IMG/VR virus record: IMGVR_UViG_3300045988_076321
Length of the DNA stretch: 36,548 bases
Source: a virus
Strand: one strand, 5' to 3'
Shown here one piece after another: positions 1 through 8,181 of this stretch. A program made the position numbers and the translations under genes. The notes beneath the pieces were generated by a model. That model made no database searches. It had not been told where the DNA came from and saw nothing but the letters and a program-made list of their open reading frames with translations. The first letter of the stretch is position 1; every line of letters begins with the position of its first letter.

Positions 1-141
1 AAGGACCCTGACCTGGGGAACGCGTCCGGAACGGCGATCAATTTCCGCTATATGGACCTGTCGTCCGACTGCGATTCCCTGGCGACCGAACTGAAGGACA
101 CCTTCCAGCGCCTGAAACTGTTCATCGACGTTTACCTTCAG
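1..141. repeat. Terminal direct repeat, identical to 36408..36548; assembly overlap of a circular or circularly permuted genome
   Basis: Read directly: nt 1-141 (aaggaccctgacctgggg...tttaccttcag) recur base for base at 36408-36548, and the portal reading frame is continuous across the junction. Confidence 0.9.
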
Positions 142-450
142 ATCGCCGGCAAGGGCGACTTTTCTAAGGAAACTTTCGACATCGTCTTCAACATGGACCT
201 TCCCGTCAACGAAACCGACGTGATCCAGAACGCCGTCGCCAGCGAAAGCCTTCTGTCGAAGCGGACGATCCTTCAGAACCACCCCTGGGTGACGGACGCC
301 GACGAAGAAATGGAGCGGATCGACGCGGAGAAGAAGGCCGCTATGGAGGAATACGGCGAAGGCCTGTTCGGCGACGCCCTGGGCGCCGGCAAGGGCCAGA
401 ACGGCCAGGGCGACCCCGTGAATGGCGGTGGAGCCGATGGCAACGAATAA
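1..450 (+). CDS. Portal protein, C-terminal part (continuation of 35364..36548 through the circular junction)
   Basis: Frame 1 is open from nt 1 to the stop at 448-450. It is in phase with the ORF that runs off the window end, and position 1 equals 36408, a codon start. Sits after terL and before MuF. Confidence 0.85.
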   Translation, partial: KDPDLGNASGTAINFRYMDLSSDCDSLATELKDTFQRLKLFIDVYLQIAGKGDFSKETFDIVFNMDLPVNETDVIQNAVASESLLSKRTILQNHPWVTDADEEMERIDAEKKAAMEEYGEGLFGDALGAGKGQNGQGDPVNGGGADGNE

Positions 451-2008
451 CCGTGACTACTGGGCCGAACGCGCCCTGACGCGCGAGAACGAAGCCTATC
501 TTCGCGGCGCGAACCTGTCGGGGAAAATGTTCAGGGAATACGAAGCCGCGGCGAAGTCGATCCGAAGACAGATCGACAGCTTCTATTCGAAGTACGCCAG
601 CAAGTACGGCCTGACCTACGACCAGGCGGTCCGCCTTCTGTCCAGGAAGGAGTTCCAGGAGTGGAAGGCCACCCTGGGCGACTATGTCGCCACCATCGAA
701 GCCACCACCGACCCCAGCGTGAAGGTGGTCCTGAAGGCGCAACTGGACGCCCTGTCGGCGAACAGTTCCATTTCCCGCCTGGAAGCCCTTCAAGGTCAAA
801 TCGACCTGATCCTGAACGACCTGTGGAAACGCGGCGTCGAGCAGATGAAGGAAGAACTGGGCGAAGGCTTCGTCGAAGGCTACTACAAGAAGTCCTACGA
901 CCTCCAAAGCCGCGCCGGCTTCTACAATGAGATCGCGAAGATCGACGCTTCCGCCGTCGAAGACGCCGTGTCCTACCCCTGGGCCGGCGCCATGTTCTCC
1001 GATCGCCTGTGGCAGTCGAAACAGGCCCTGGTCTTCAACACCAGGGAGATCATCACCCAGGGCCTGATCCAGGGGAAAAGCGTGGGCGTCATGGCGTCCG
1101 CCCTTTCCTCCCGAATGGGCCAGTCCTACAAAAACGCCGAACGCCTGATCCGCACCGAAACCGCCCATATCCACGCAGAAGCCGACAGAAGGGCCTACAA
1201 GGAAGCCGGCGTCGCGGAATATGAATATATGGCCGCGGTCAACGAACGCACCTGTGACACTTGCGGCGCCCTGGACGGCCGCCGTTTCAAGGTCGACGAC
1301 GCGGAACCTGGCGTCAACTACCCACCCATTCACCCGAACTGTCGCTGTACGACGGTCGAATATGACCCCGAAGAGGCCCTGGACTGGCTGAACAGCGGGG
1401 AGCCTATGCCGAAGCGGACCACCTATCAGGAGTGGTACAGCCGGCAGACGGCCGCAAACGGTCAAGGTTCGGTTGAAGTCGAACGGAAGAAGGCGTATAA
1501 TATCAAGGCAGACCAGGAGCAATTCGACGCCTTCCTGGGCGTCCTTCCGGACGGCGAAGCCCCGCCCACCCTGGACGCCTTCCAGAACGTGAAATACACG
1601 AATCCGGAGAAATGGCGCCAGATGAAGGCGAAGGTCCGCCTTTACAACAGCACCGCCAGCCGCGGCACCCTTCCCGAAGCGGCGTCTGCGTCGGCACCCC
1701 AGGACAAACTTCAGGGCTACCTTCTGAACCATGAACACCCCCGCGGGAAGGAAAAGGCCCATGTGATCAACCAGGTCCTGGGCTACAATGTGGAAAACTG
1801 GGAAACCTTCCAGAAGAAACTTCTGACGGAGGTCCAGAAGTCCCCTGTGACGAAGACCGTATCCACGCAGTTCGGCGAACGGTACACCGTCCCCGTGATC
1901 CTGTACGGCCGGAAGGACCGGTTCCTTCGCCTGAACACCGTCTGGCAGATAGACACCGGCGGGAAGACCCCGCATTTCATCACGGCAACGCCGGAAAGGA
2001 AGAAGTGA
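422..2008 (+). CDS. Head morphogenesis protein, SPP1 gp7/Mu F family, with an extra roughly 100-aa C-terminal domain (toxin-like, DUF6883-like)
   Basis: 528-aa ORF directly after the portal. Has the MuF-type signature ...NERTCDTCGALDGRRF...PPIHPNCRCTT. The C-terminal segment QDKLQGYLLNHEHPRGKEKAHV...VWQIDTGGKTPHFITATP lies beyond the MuF core. The start could be ATG 422 or ATG 437. Confidence 0.85.
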   Translation: MAVEPMATNNRDYWAERALTRENEAYLRGANLSGKMFREYEAAAKSIRRQIDSFYSKYASKYGLTYDQAVRLLSRKEFQEWKATLGDYVATIEATTDPSVKVVLKAQLDALSANSSISRLEALQGQIDLILNDLWKRGVEQMKEELGEGFVEGYYKKSYDLQSRAGFYNEIAKIDASAVEDAVSYPWAGAMFSDRLWQSKQALVFNTREIITQGLIQGKSVGVMASALSSRMGQSYKNAERLIRTETAHIHAEADRRAYKEAGVAEYEYMAAVNERTCDTCGALDGRRFKVDDAEPGVNYPPIHPNCRCTTVEYDPEEALDWLNSGEPMPKRTTYQEWYSRQTAANGQGSVEVERKKAYNIKADQEQFDAFLGVLPDGEAPPTLDAFQNVKYTNPEKWRQMKAKVRLYNSTASRGTLPEAASASAPQDKLQGYLLNHEHPRGKEKAHVINQVLGYNVENWETFQKKLLTEVQKSPVTKTVSTQFGERYTVPVILYGRKDRFLRLNTVWQIDTGGKTPHFITATPERKK

Positions 2009-2014
2009 CAGCCT

Positions 2015-2212
2015 ATGTTTGAATTATATGACACCGTCGTCCTTCTGGAAGACGACCATGACACCGGCGTCAAAGCCGGCACAGAAGGGACCGTCGTCTA
2101 TATCCAGGGCAACGGGGAAGCCTACACCGTCGAGTTCTTCGACGAAAACGGGGATACGATCGAAGACGCCCTGTTCAAGGACTTCCTTCCGTCACAACTG
2201 AAGAAGAAGTAA
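2015..2212 (+). CDS. Small DUF4926-like protein (candidate immunity/antitoxin partner of the MuF C-terminal domain)
   Basis: 65-aa ORF 6 nt after the MuF stop. MFELYDTVVLLEDDHDTGVKAGTEGTVVYIQGNGEAYTVEFFDENGDT matches my recollection of the DUF4926 pattern (SH3-like, ...GtVVevy..eaYeVEF.d.dG). Confidence 0.6.
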   Translation: MFELYDTVVLLEDDHDTGVKAGTEGTVVYIQGNGEAYTVEFFDENGDTIEDALFKDFLPSQLKKK

Positions 2213-2261
2213 ACGTCGGCCGACCGCCCGGCGTTTTCTTATACCCTTTTCCAGGTGGAAC

Positions 2262-2290
2262 AGGCGTCGCCTTCGGGTGGCGCCTTTTTC
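2262..2290 (+). terminator. Rho-independent terminator-like hairpin after the MuF/small-ORF pair
   Basis: aggcgtcgcc-ttcg-ggtggcgcct forms a 10-bp stem (2 G-U pairs) with a TTCG loop, followed by ttttt. It lies in a 165-nt intergenic gap, which is unusual for this compact genome. Confidence 0.55.
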
Positions 2291-2377
2291 ATAATACAAG
2301 CCGCACCCGTCCGGCGACCAGGCGGGACCGCGAAGGGCGTGGAAGCCGCCATATAAACAGCGGAGAAAGGAACACCT

Positions 2378-2971
2378 ATGATCATTGAAGGAATCAGAAA
2401 TCTTCTGGGCGAAGACCTGGCGAAGCAGGTCGAAGCGGCGCTGAAGGGCAAGGGCAAGGACGGAAAGGACGTCGACCTGGTGATCGGGAACGACGGGACC
2501 TTCGTTCCGGCCGAAAAGTACAACGGCGCCAACAGCGGGAAGGCAAGCGCGGAAAACGCCCTGAAGGCGGCCGCGGAAGCCCTGAAAGCTGTCGGCGGTT
2601 CCGGCGATCCGGCGAAGATCGCGGACGACGTCAAGGTCGCGAAGGAGAAGTTCGACACCCTTCAGACGACCCACGCCGCCGAACTTGCGAAGATCAGCAA
2701 GCGATCCGCCCTTCAGATGGCCTTGAACGGGAAGGTCTATGACCCTTCCGACATCATCGGCCTTCTGGACATGGACAAGATCGAAGTCAGCGACGACGGA
2801 AGCCTGAAAACCGACCTGGAAGGCCTTCTGAAGCCGATCAAGGAGTCGAAGGCGTACCTGTTCAAGGAAGACCCCGCAAAGACCCCACCCGTCCACGGCG
2901 CGACGCCGGCTGATCCTGGCCCGAAGACGCCGCCGGCGGCCGGCAAGGTAGACGGCCCCGTCTGCCTGTAA
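2378..2971 (+). CDS. Capsid scaffolding protein (GP20-like)
   Basis: 197-aa Ala/Lys/Glu-rich helical ORF immediately upstream of the capsid gene, with RBS ggagaaagga. The N-terminus MIIEGIRNLLGEDLAKQVEAALKGKGKDGKDV is typical of phage scaffold proteins. Confidence 0.7.
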   Translation: MIIEGIRNLLGEDLAKQVEAALKGKGKDGKDVDLVIGNDGTFVPAEKYNGANSGKASAENALKAAAEALKAVGGSGDPAKIADDVKVAKEKFDTLQTTHAAELAKISKRSALQMALNGKVYDPSDIIGLLDMDKIEVSDDGSLKTDLEGLLKPIKESKAYLFKEDPAKTPPVHGATPADPGPKTPPAAGKVDGPVCL

Positions 2972-3005
2972 ACCACACCACCATAAACGAAAGGAATGAC
3001 ACACA

Positions 3006-3902
3006 ATGGCAAGAACTAAAGCTATCAGCCTGATCCAGAGCGGTTCCACGAAGGCCGACCTGGCCGAACTGTCCGGCCTGGTGATCGCGAACATTCAGAA
3101 GGACACCCTGGCCCAGGGCCTGAAGTCCCAGGCCTACACCGGCAACCCCGCCAGCGGTTCCGTCGAGTTCAAGCGTTTCAAGAACAGCGCGTCCCAGCCC
3201 TACGGCACCGCGCGCACCGCGAACAAGGGAACCGCGATCACCGTTCCCCCGACCCCTGTCAACCTGGACACCCACCGCGAGATCGTCGAGGAAGCCGCGA
3301 AGTTCGACCTGGACACCTTCGGCGTGACGAACATCATGGCGCGCCGCGCCGACAACCACGTCGACACCGTGGCCGCGGAGTTCGACGCCGCCTTCTTCCA
3401 GACCGCCTTCGACGCCGGCACCGCCTACACCCCCGACGCCAGCGCCACGATCGAAGAAATCCTGGAAGGCCTGATTCAGAGCGTGGAAACCGTGAAGAAC
3501 GACTATGTCCGCGGCGTTCCCCGTAACCTGATCCGCCTGGTTCTGGACCCCGTCACCTACGGCAAGGCCAGAAACTACCTGGACAAGAACACCAACAACG
3601 CCAACGTCGACACCGCGGCGGAGGACTTCGCCATGTTCCACGGCGTCCGCGTCTATTCCTCCATCAATCTTCCCGTGAAGACCGAAACCGTGGAAGCCAG
3701 CAAGACGAAGACCACCACCTGTCACGGTGTCGCCATGATCGAAGGCGCGATCGCCCAGCCGGCGGTCATTTACCCCTACAAGGAGCCGGAGAAGATCCCC
3801 CTGTCCAACGACTACGGCGTGTCCATGTTCTTCGACTACGGCACGAAGGCCCTGACCCCCGACCTGATCTTCACCTACTCCACCAGCGTCACTTCCGCCT
3901 GA
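3006..3902 (+). CDS. Major capsid protein
   Basis: 298-aa ORF after the scaffold gene, with RBS aaaggaa. Position and size fit PBSX XkdG/SPP1-like coat proteins. Confidence 0.8.
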   Translation: MARTKAISLIQSGSTKADLAELSGLVIANIQKDTLAQGLKSQAYTGNPASGSVEFKRFKNSASQPYGTARTANKGTAITVPPTPVNLDTHREIVEEAAKFDLDTFGVTNIMARRADNHVDTVAAEFDAAFFQTAFDAGTAYTPDASATIEEILEGLIQSVETVKNDYVRGVPRNLIRLVLDPVTYGKARNYLDKNTNNANVDTAAEDFAMFHGVRVYSSINLPVKTETVEASKTKTTTCHGVAMIEGAIAQPAVIYPYKEPEKIPLSNDYGVSMFFDYGTKALTPDLIFTYSTSVTSA

Positions 3903-3937
3903 TCGGCGTGACGCCCGTTTGAAAGGAGGAACAGAAC

Positions 3938-4198
3938 GTGAAGTTCAAGCACATTAGAACCGGCGCGATCCTGGAACCCCATAGCGACTTCGTTCTGGAA
4001 CAGTTCCAGAAGTCCCCCGACCTGATCCCCTTCGACGATCCGGAGCCTGTCGCCGCCCCTGGCGACGGCGACAAGCCCCTGTCGAAGTTCACGAAGGACG
4101 AACTTCTGGAAATGGCCCAGGAAGCCGGAATCGCGGTCCCTGACGGCGCGAAGAAGGCGGAGATCATCGACCTGATCGAAGCCCTGAAGCAGAACTGA
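3938..4198 (+). CDS. Small head-associated protein with a Rho-N/SAP-like helix-extended-helix C-terminus
   Basis: 86-aa ORF with a GTG start 8 nt after RBS gaaaggagg. The C-terminal motif KFTKDELLEMAQEAGIAVPDGAKKAEIIDLIEAL resembles a Rho termination factor N-terminal-like fold. Confidence 0.55.
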   Translation: MKFKHIRTGAILEPHSDFVLEQFQKSPDLIPFDDPEPVAAPGDGDKPLSKFTKDELLEMAQEAGIAVPDGAKKAEIIDLIEALKQN

Positions 4199-4223
4199 CG
4201 GGGCCGCCGAAAGGTGGTCTATC

Positions 4224-4673
4224 ATGCTGAAAGAAATCCTTGCTTCCCTGGAAGGCCTGACCGACCTTGAAAGGGCCGAAGTCCTTCGGACGCTTATGTC
4301 CGGACAGACGGTCCTTCAGAAGGTCAAAACCCTTCTGGGGATCACCACGGAGGACCAGGACGACGTTCTGGAATATGTGATCCAGACCGTTCAGACCCTG
4401 GTCCTTCGCTATATCAACTGGGACGAACTCCCCCTGGAACTGGAAAACGTCCTGGCTGTCATGTGCGTCAGCTACTACAAGGCCGCCGGACTGGGAACCA
4501 CCGCGGCGGCGCCTGGGGCCGTGTCTTCCGTGAAGCGCGGCGACGTCCAGACGTCCTTCGCGGTCGGTTCCGGTTCTTCCGGATCGGCCGGCACCTTCAA
4601 CCTGGGAAACGACAACGGGGACTTCTTCGGCTGGAAGACAGTCCTGAACGAATACCGGAAGTTAAGGTGGTGA
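4224..4673 (+). CDS. Head-tail connector protein (gp6-like)
   Basis: 149-aa ORF in the canonical position after the capsid gene, with helical N-terminal ...DDVLEYVIQTVQTLVLRYINW... typical of gp6-like connectors. Confidence 0.6.
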   Translation: MLKEILASLEGLTDLERAEVLRTLMSGQTVLQKVKTLLGITTEDQDDVLEYVIQTVQTLVLRYINWDELPLELENVLAVMCVSYYKAAGLGTTAAAPGAVSSVKRGDVQTSFAVGSGSSGSAGTFNLGNDNGDFFGWKTVLNEYRKLRW

Positions 4674-4677
4674 CGGA

Positions 4678-5067
4678 ATGGCCTTCGGAAGCCCCGCGGC
4701 GGAGCGCGCCGCGATCGAAAGCACCTATGAAGACACCGCCACCGTCTACCGGACAACACCAAAAAGGGGCGCGAACGGCCTGTCCGCAAGCGTCCCCGAC
4801 GTGGTGTATTCTGGTATCATTTGCGCGCTGTCGTATTCAGGTACAAACAGCAGTATGCAGACAAACGCACAACAGAACATCGACCACGACGCCGTCGTCT
4901 TTGCCGGTCCGGACCTGAAGGTCCTTCCTGGCGACACGATCGTCGTGAAGCGGTTCGGTCGCGACGACCCTTCCGGCACCCAGGAAGTGACGTTCGAAGT
5001 GATCGGCCGCCCGTCGATGTATACCACCCACCAGGAAATCAAAGTAAAGGACGGTGATCTGTCGTGA
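4678..5067 (+). CDS. Head closure / head-tail adaptor protein
   Basis: 129-aa ORF tightly coupled to its neighbours. Call rests on position in the neck module. Confidence 0.5.
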   Translation: MAFGSPAAERAAIESTYEDTATVYRTTPKRGANGLSASVPDVVYSGIICALSYSGTNSSMQTNAQQNIDHDAVVFAGPDLKVLPGDTIVVKRFGRDDPSGTQEVTFEVIGRPSMYTTHQEIKVKDGDLS

Positions 5068-5522
5068 CCTTGAACGACTTCCTGGAAGCGATTGCGAAGA
5101 AGCTGATCGCCAGGTGGCCCGTCCGTCACGTCTTCGTCAACCGGATTCCGGCCGAAGCTGACGGGAACTTCTATGTCCGCGTGATCGAAACCGCCCAGGA
5201 ACAGAAGCTGGACCGCCGCCGCGTCAGGACGACGCGGTTCGAAGTCTGCTATCTTCAGGCGGACAGGGACAACCTGTCCTTCAATACCTGGTTGGAAGCT
5301 ATGCTGGACGACTTCGAAACCCTTTCCGTCTTCGAGAAGACCGAGGACGGGACGGACGTCTTCCGGTCGCTTCGGCTGACGAACATCGCGGCAAACCAGG
5401 ACGGCGACGAACGGTTCTTTTCCTTCCGCTTCGACGCCAGACTGAACTTCGTGATCACGCCCGACGTGATCCCGTCCATGTATTATCTGGATCAGAACAA
5501 CACGATCAGATCGGAGGTCTGA
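5064..5522 (+). CDS. Neck / tail terminator-like protein
   Basis: 152-aa ORF whose GTG start overlaps the upstream stop (gtga). It is the last gene before the small ORF and the sheath gene. Confidence 0.45.
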   Translation: MTLNDFLEAIAKKLIARWPVRHVFVNRIPAEADGNFYVRVIETAQEQKLDRRRVRTTRFEVCYLQADRDNLSFNTWLEAMLDDFETLSVFEKTEDGTDVFRSLRLTNIAANQDGDERFFSFRFDARLNFVITPDVIPSMYYLDQNNTIRSEV

Positions 5523-5525
5523 CAA

Positions 5526-5714
5526 ATGGCCCAGAAGAAAAAGACCGTCGCCGTCGACCAGGAAGCGCCGGTCTTCACAAAGGAACAACTGGTCAAGTCT
5601 AAAACCCTGGGCGTCCCCCAGGACGCCGTCGCGGCGATCCTGAAGGACGGCCAGACCTACACACGGGAAGAAGCGGTCCGCCTTGTGACCGACTTCCTTG
5701 AAAGGAGCGTGTAA
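5526..5714 (+). CDS. Hypothetical small protein
   Basis: 62-aa ORF filling the gap before the sheath gene, with codon style like its neighbours. Confidence 0.45.
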   Translation: MAQKKKTVAVDQEAPVFTKEQLVKSKTLGVPQDAVAAILKDGQTYTREEAVRLVTDFLERSV

Positions 5715-5716
5715 CT

Positions 5717-7051
5717 ATGCCTATTGGTGGAGGTTCTTTCACCGTACAGAACAAGGTCCTTCCTGGTGCTTACATCAACTTCGTGAGCATGGGGACCAAC
5801 GCCAAAATGGGGGAACGCGGCGTCGCGGCCCTTCCCCTGGAACTGAACTGGGGACCTGAAGGCCAGGTCTTCAAGCTGGACGCCGCGGACTTCAACGCGA
5901 CCAGCATGAAGGTCTTCGGCTACGATCCCACCGACGCGAATATCCTTCTGGTCCGTGAAGCCATGAAGCGCGCGAAGACCCTTCTGATCTACCGCGTGAA
6001 CGGCGGCGGCACGAAGGCCAGCGCCACCGTCGGTGGAATGACCGTGACCGCGAAGTATGGCGGCACCCGCGGCAACGCGATCAAGGTCGCCGTGATCACC
6101 AACGTCGACGACGCCACGAAGGCGGACGTCGTGACCTATCTTGACGATATGGTCATGGACAGCCAGACCGTCGCGAAGTCCGGCGGCGCCGCTTCCCTGG
6201 TCGCGAACGACTTCGTCACCTTCGGCACCGTCGCCACCCTGGCCGCCGCCACCGCGACCCCCCTGACCGGCGGCGCGAACGCCACGGTCAACGCCGCGAA
6301 GCACACCGCCGCCCTGACCGCTTTCGAAGTGGAAACCTTCAACGTGATCGGCTACCCTGGCACCGTGGAGGACATCAAGTCCCTGTATGCCGCCTTCGTC
6401 AAGCGTCTTCGTGACGACGAAGGGAAGAAGATCGTCGGCGTCCTGTATGGCTACGACGGCGACAATATGGGCCTGATCAACGTGAAGAACGGAGTCGTCC
6501 TGACCAACGGGACCACCATCACCGGCGACAAGGCCGTTGCCTGGGTGACTGGCGCTTCCGCCGGCGCGGAAGTGAACGAGTCCCTGACGAACACCGCCTA
6601 CGACGACGCCGTGGACGTCGACATCAAATACACGAAGTCCCAGTTCGAAGCCGCGATCAAGGCCGGCGAGTTCGTATTCTATGCCGACTACGGGAAGGCC
6701 CGTGTCCTGACGGACATCAACAGCCTGACCACCATCGGCCAGAATATGTCTTCCGACTGGGTGTCGAACCGCGTCGTCCGCGTCATGGACGGCTGGGCGA
6801 ACGACGTCGCCCGTATCTTCGGCGAGTCCTATATCGGCCTGGTGACGAACAGCGACACCGGCCGCCAGCTTTTCAAGGCTGACCTGGTGTCCCTGGCCCT
6901 TCAGTATCAGTCGATCGACGCGATCAGTAACTTCAAGTCCGACGACATCACCGTTCAGCAGGGCGACGGCAAACGCGACGTCGCGGTCGACTGCGCCCTT
7001 CAGCCGAACGACAGCATGGAAAAGCTGTATATGACCGTCGTCGTGAACTGA
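5717..7051 (+). CDS. Tail sheath protein (XkdK-like)
   Basis: 444 aa. The N-terminus MPIGGGSFTVQNKVLPGAYINFVS is the classic sheath N-terminal signature, and the tube gene follows. Confidence 0.9.
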   Translation: MPIGGGSFTVQNKVLPGAYINFVSMGTNAKMGERGVAALPLELNWGPEGQVFKLDAADFNATSMKVFGYDPTDANILLVREAMKRAKTLLIYRVNGGGTKASATVGGMTVTAKYGGTRGNAIKVAVITNVDDATKADVVTYLDDMVMDSQTVAKSGGAASLVANDFVTFGTVATLAAATATPLTGGANATVNAAKHTAALTAFEVETFNVIGYPGTVEDIKSLYAAFVKRLRDDEGKKIVGVLYGYDGDNMGLINVKNGVVLTNGTTITGDKAVAWVTGASAGAEVNESLTNTAYDDAVDVDIKYTKSQFEAAIKAGEFVFYADYGKARVLTDINSLTTIGQNMSSDWVSNRVVRVMDGWANDVARIFGESYIGLVTNSDTGRQLFKADLVSLALQYQSIDAISNFKSDDITVQQGDGKRDVAVDCALQPNDSMEKLYMTVVVN

Positions 7052-7069
7052 CGAAAGGAGTGACCCAGA

Positions 7070-7528
7070 ATGAAGACTTTGAACGCACCTGATACCATTT
7101 CCGGCAAGGCCGGCCGTGCCTACGCAAAGATCAACGGCAACAACGAAGAACTGTTCTTCGCGAAGACCATCGAAGCCACCGTCGAGAAGAACAAGTCCGA
7201 AGTGAAGGCGATCGGGAAGCGCATGACGGGCCATAAGACCACCGGCGCCAACGGGACCGGCTCCATGACCCTTTATTACATGACGCCCCTGTTCCGCGAA
7301 CTGATCCGCCAGTGGAAGGAAACCGGCGTGGACGTCTACTTCGACATGGTCGTCGAGAACGACGACGAAGAGTCCGCCGCCGGCAAGCAGACGGTCCTTC
7401 TGATCGACTGCAACCTGGATTCCGTGATCCTGGCGAAGCTGGACGGCGACAGCGACGACGCCCTGGACGAAGATGCCGACTTCACCTTCGAGGACTTCGA
7501 CATTCTGAAGGCCTTCAACCAGATTTAA
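7070..7528 (+). CDS. Tail tube protein (XkdM-like)
   Basis: 152-aa ORF after the sheath gene with RBS gaaaggag. Size and order match the PBSX-type core tail. Confidence 0.85.
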   Translation: MKTLNAPDTISGKAGRAYAKINGNNEELFFAKTIEATVEKNKSEVKAIGKRMTGHKTTGANGTGSMTLYYMTPLFRELIRQWKETGVDVYFDMVVENDDEESAAGKQTVLLIDCNLDSVILAKLDGDSDDALDEDADFTFEDFDILKAFNQI

Positions 7529-7558
7529 CCACCCACCGTTCAGAAGGAGGAAATACAC

Positions 7559-7966
7559 ATGGGTAAACTTCAGGAATTTCTTATGCAGAGCGAAGAGCGC
7601 GCACAGGTGACGGAGGAAGTCGCGATCAGCGGCTTCCCCGTCCCATTCACCGTCAAGTCGATCACAGAGGGCGAAAACAAGGCCCTTCGGAAGACCTGTC
7701 AGAAGGTGAACTTCGACAAGAAGACCCACCAGAAGACCACGGAAACCGATATGGACCTTTACAATAACCGCCTGGTGATCGCCTGTTGTGTAGACCCGAA
7801 CTTCAAGGACGCCGACCTTCAGGCGAAATATGGCGTCATGGGCGCCGAAGCCCTGATCGACGTCCTTCTGAAGCCTGGACAGTTCGTCGACCTTCTGGTC
7901 GCGATCCAGGACGTCAACGGCTTCACCGACGACGTGAACGACCTTCGCGAAGAAGCAAAAAACTAA
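7559..7966 (+). CDS. Tail assembly chaperone (XkdN-like), short form
   Basis: 135-aa ORF between the tube and tape measure genes, with RBS gaaggagg. It ends at TAA 7964-7966, immediately after a slippery heptamer. Confidence 0.8.
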   Translation: MGKLQEFLMQSEERAQVTEEVAISGFPVPFTVKSITEGENKALRKTCQKVNFDKKTHQKTTETDMDLYNNRLVIACCVDPNFKDADLQAKYGVMGAEALIDVLLKPGQFVDLLVAIQDVNGFTDDVNDLREEAKN

Positions 7967-8175
7967 TCACCGGTGGAGGGAACGAAGATGAAGCGGACGG
8001 CGAAGCCGTCTATGCGCACTACGCCCTTCACCGGCTGAAAATCCTCCCTGGCGCGCTGATGGCCCTTCCCCTTCGGGAACGGGCCTTCATTTATGCTTCC
8101 ATCGACCTTCAGGTCGAGAAAGAGAAAAAGGAGCAGAAACGGGCCGCGGCGCGGCGGGGGAAGAAAGGACGGTGA
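7559..8175 (+). CDS. Tail assembly chaperone, -1 frameshifted long form
   Basis: A -1 slip at A_AAA_AAC (7957-7963) continues as KKLITGGGNEDEADGEAVYAHY... to TGA 8173-8175, just upstream of the tape measure start. This is the conserved G/GT-type architecture. Confidence 0.65.
7957..7963 (+). promoter_or_regulatory. Programmed -1 ribosomal frameshift slippery site A_AAA_AAC
   Basis: Zero-frame codons are GCA AAA AAC TAA. This is a canonical X_XXY_YYZ heptamer, and the -1 frame stays open for 71 further codons. Confidence 0.65.
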
Positions 8176-8181
8176 TGAACC

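Noticed and set aside
341-1975. 544-aa minus-strand ORF opposite the MuF gene. Similar long antisense ORFs occur at 2192-3094, 2862-3725, 4746-5588, 10747-11673, 11729-12616, 12519-13313, 14105-14803, 17586-19073, 34072-35214 and 35298-36278.
   Set aside because: They are Arg/Gly/Val/Pro-rich with low-complexity translations and no RBS, and each mirrors a well-supported + strand gene. These are typical shadow ORFs of GC-rich coding DNA.
5657-7729. 690-aa minus-strand ORF spanning the sheath, tube and chaperone genes.
   Set aside because: It is antisense to three confidently identified tail genes. Its translation (GLLVEVHLL...DGEAADRDF...) has no family resemblance, so it is a shadow ORF.
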